Virus record (IMG/VR): IMGVR_UViG_3300030207_001809
Coordinates: 1 to 30,042 of that record
DNA from: a virus
Lineage: Duplodnaviria; Caudoviricetes
Length of the DNA: 30,042 nucleotides
Strand: one strand, 5' to 3'
The notes below the pieces were generated by a model. It saw nothing but the letters and a program-made list of their open reading frames with translations. It made no database searches and was not told the origin of the DNA. The position numbers and the translations under genes are program-made. Position 1 is the first letter of the stretch. Each line of letters opens with the position of its first letter. Shown one piece after another: positions 27,611-30,042 of this stretch.

Positions 27611-28079
27611 TATTGCTGAATATAACCCAAGACAAATTAGCAATAAACAATATGAAGATTTAAAAAAGTCTATAGACAAATTTGGAATGTGTAAACCTAT
27701 AGTAGTTAATACAAACCCTGAAAGATTATATACTGTTATTGGAGGACACCAACGCTTAAAAGTGCTACAAGATTTAGGAGCAGAGAAAGTACCTATAGTA
27801 ACAGTTAATCTATCTTTAGAAGATGAAAGAGAGTTAAATGTAAGGCTAAATAAAAATACAGGAGATTGGGATTTAGATATGTTAGCTAATGAGTTTGATA
27901 TAGATGATTTAAAAGATTGGGGTTTTAAAGATGTAGAGTTAGGATTTAACATAGACAAAATAGAGGAAGAAAAAGAAAAAAGTATAGTATTAACAATAAA
28001 AGAAGAAGATATAAGCAAAGCAAGTAACCTACATAAAGAATTAACAGAAAGAGGTTTTAATGCTACAATAAAATGGTAA
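27576..28079 (+). CDS. ParB/Srx-like domain protein
   Basis: YNPR, SIDKFG..PIVVN and GGHQR motifs. Confidence 0.85.
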   Translation: MKITLVKINTLNIAEYNPRQISNKQYEDLKKSIDKFGMCKPIVVNTNPERLYTVIGGHQRLKVLQDLGAEKVPIVTVNLSLEDERELNVRLNKNTGDWDLDMLANEFDIDDLKDWGFKDVELGFNIDKIEEEKEKSIVLTIKEEDISKASNLHKELTERGFNATIKW

Positions 28080-28462
28080 AAAAATTTAACAAAATGAACA
28101 AAAAAGAACACATAAAGAAAAAAATGTTATTAGAGAGCTTAGAGAAATCTTTAGGTATAGTATCAACAGCTTGTACTCAAGCCAATGTAAGTAGAAGTAG
28201 TTTTTATAAATGGTATAATGAAGATGAAGAATTTAAAAATAAAGTAGATGAGATTGATAATGTAAAATTAGACTTTGTAGAAAGCAAGTTATTTACTAAT
28301 ATAGGTAATGGAGATTCAAGATGTATTACATTTTACTTAAAACACAAAGGGCATAAAAGAGGATATATACAACAGCAAAATATAAATTTAACTTCTAATG
28401 ATGAAGAAATAAATAAAATAGAAATTGAAATCATTAAACCTAAAAGCGACAGTAGTACTTGA
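28073..28462 (+). CDS. terS: Terminase small subunit
   Basis: HTH LGIVSTAC…VSRSSFYKW, FYLK.KG..RGY; directly upstream of TerL. Confidence 0.75.
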   Translation: MVKKFNKMNKKEHIKKKMLLESLEKSLGIVSTACTQANVSRSSFYKWYNEDEEFKNKVDEIDNVKLDFVESKLFTNIGNGDSRCITFYLKHKGHKRGYIQQQNINLTSNDEEINKIEIEIIKPKSDSST

Positions 28463-29594
28463 GAAGAATCTTAACGCCACAACAAGGGTAGTAGTAAATC
28501 AAGGAGGTACGAGAAGTAGTAAGACTTATTCTCTCGCTCAATTAATAATCCTAAAGGCTTTACAAGAAAAAGGCAAGGTATATACAATATGTAGAAAGAC
28601 TTTACCAGCTCTTAAAGGTACAGCCTATCGGGATTTCTTTAATATTTTAGAGGAACATAATTTATATAATCCTGACAATCACAATAAAAGCGAATTAACA
28701 TATAGACTAAATAATAATGAAATAGAATTTATTAGCGTCGACCAGCCAGTGAAAATCCGAGGTCGCAAAAGAAACACACTTTGGCTCAATGAGGCGAATG
28801 AGTTCACTTTTGAAGATTGGGTACAGCTCTCATTAAGAACTACAGAGAATATATATTTAGACTTTAATCCCTCCGATCCCTATAGTTGGATTTATGACAA
28901 TGTTATAAATAGAGATGATTGTACATTTATTAAATCTACTTATTTAGACAATCCCTTTTTACCAGAAGAAACTATAAAAGAAATAGAAAGGCTAAAAGAT
29001 TTAGATAGTAATTATTGGGCGGTATATGGATTAGGAAATGTGGCAAGTGCAACCGAGACAGTATTTCGTAATTTTGATATATGCGATAATATACCAAATG
29101 AATCTACTTTAATCGCTATTGGGATTGATTGGGGGTACTCTAACGACCCAACAGCGTGTATAGAGCTATATAGGTTAAATGATGATTTGTATGTAAAAGA
29201 ATTAATTTATACTAAAGGATTAACAAATCAAGATATAGCTAATAAGTTAAGAGAATTAAATGTAAACAATAGGACAGAGATTATATACGATAGTGCTGAG
29301 CCTAAGAGTGGAGAGGAGCTAAGGCGTATGGGATTCTTAATGTACCCATCTAAAAAGGGAGCAGATAGTATAAATATGGGTATAGATGTTTTAAGAAGAT
29401 TTAAGATAAACATTTTAAAAAGTAGTATAAATGCTATAAATGAATTTAAATACTACAAATGGCTTACAGATAAAAATGGAAACATAGTAAACAAACCAGC
29501 CACAAACCAAGCCGATCACATTATAGACGCTGTTCGGTATATAGCCTTAAATAAGCTAATGACTAATTATAGCGGTAAATACTATGTATTATAA
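28425..29594 (+). CDS. terL: Terminase large subunit (PBSX/XtmB type)
   Basis: GGTRSSKT Walker A, LWLNEA Walker B, FNP, GIDWG and DHIIDAVRY motifs. Confidence 0.95.
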   Translation: MKSLNLKATVVLEKNLNATTRVVVNQGGTRSSKTYSLAQLIILKALQEKGKVYTICRKTLPALKGTAYRDFFNILEEHNLYNPDNHNKSELTYRLNNNEIEFISVDQPVKIRGRKRNTLWLNEANEFTFEDWVQLSLRTTENIYLDFNPSDPYSWIYDNVINRDDCTFIKSTYLDNPFLPEETIKEIERLKDLDSNYWAVYGLGNVASATETVFRNFDICDNIPNESTLIAIGIDWGYSNDPTACIELYRLNDDLYVKELIYTKGLTNQDIANKLRELNVNNRTEIIYDSAEPKSGEELRRMGFLMYPSKKGADSINMGIDVLRRFKINILKSSINAINEFKYYKWLTDKNGNIVNKPATNQADHIIDAVRYIALNKLMTNYSGKYYVL

Positions 29595-29618
29595 ACGATT
29601 ATTAACTTTTTATATATA
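29593..29618 (+). promoter_or_regulatory. Putative phage-sigma promoter copy (AAACGAT-N11-TATATATA)
   Basis: Motif upstream of the tail operon. Confidence 0.7.
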
Positions 29619-29624
29619 TAATAA

Positions 29625-30042
29625 ATGAGTAAAGAAAAAATAACACTAAACATACCTACCTCATGGAACGAAGTAAGTATAGGAATGTATAAAAAATTTA
29701 CTGATTTACAAAAACAAGATATACCTACTGATGAAAAAAATGTAAAAGTAGTATGTATATTATGTAATGTAGATGAGGATTTATTAGCGAGATTTCAATA
29801 CAAAGATTTAAAGCTAATATCTAAAGATTTAGCTAAGCTATTAAATAATGAGCCAAAGAAAGAGGCTAACGATTTAATAAAGAGAGTAGAGTTTAATGGT
29901 AAAAAATATGGGTTTATCCCTAATTTATCTACTATTAGTTTAGGAGAGTATGTTGATATAGAGGAGCTATCAAGAGAGCCATATAAAAACTTAAATAAAA
30001 TAATGAGTATTTTATATCGCCCAATAGTAAAAGATAATGGCA
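29625..30042 (+). CDS. 5' part of tail assembly chaperone (continues at position 1)
   Basis: MSKEKITLNIPTSWNEVSIG…YGFIPNLSTISLGEYVD; open to the window end, absent from the ORF track. Confidence 0.8.
   Translation, partial: MSKEKITLNIPTSWNEVSIGMYKKFTDLQKQDIPTDEKNVKVVCILCNVDEDLLARFQYKDLKLISKDLAKLLNNEPKKEANDLIKRVEFNGKKYGFIPNLSTISLGEYVDIEELSREPYKNLNKIMSILYRPIVKDNG
29943..30042 (+). repeat. Terminal direct repeat copy 2
   Basis: 99/100 identical to 1-100. Confidence 0.97.

Larger units (their letters stand above)
1..30042. mobile_element. Complete circular tailed-phage genome (siphovirus-like, probable Bacteroidota host)
   Basis: Terminase, portal, capsid, tail, lysis and replication genes are present; the ends overlap by 100 bp; no host housekeeping genes. 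Confidence 0.95.

Noticed and set aside
152-29413. Minus-strand ORFs in the track (e.g. 8052-8411, 10489-10740, 11789-12043, 27572-28111)
   Set aside because: They lie opposite well-supported + strand genes and have the Ser/Phe/Leu-rich composition of shadow frames
1-30042. CRISPR array, tRNA, DGR/retron, integrase, stop-codon recoding
   Set aside because: No spaced repeats, cloverleaf, reverse transcriptase or recombinase motifs seen; ORFs tile densely under the standard code with TAA, TAG and TGA all used as stops

Overview
This window is an apparently complete, circular ~29.9-kb, AT-rich tailed dsDNA phage genome. Bases 1-100 repeat at 29943-30042 with one mismatch. The virion is siphovirus-like, and the host is very likely Bacteroidota (Flavobacteriia-like). 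Host evidence: a perfect TTTG-N19-TAnnTTTG promoter, Gln at the +1 position of signal peptides, and a T9SS-like C-terminus. Gene order on the + strand: frameshifted tail-assembly chaperone, tail completion/tip genes, tape measure, XkdF-type protease, scaffold, capsid, tail tube, multi-domain portal, adaptor, envelope/lysis cassette, early genes, replication genes, sigma-like factor, C5 methyltransferase, HNH, ParB-like, TerS and TerL. No integrase, tRNA, CRISPR or reverse transcriptase was seen. Most notable: (1) an envelope cassette interleaved with the holins and endolysin, comprising an outer-membrane beta-barrel, an LDLa-motif protein with a T9SS-like tail, a membrane-anchored coiled coil and a secreted thioredoxin fold lacking CxxC; (2) all 20 GATC sites found by manual scan lie within GATCGG/CCGATC; (3) five copies of an AAACRAT-N11-TATATATA motif that is probably the promoter for the phage sigma factor. 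All calls come from reading motifs by eye; no searches were run.
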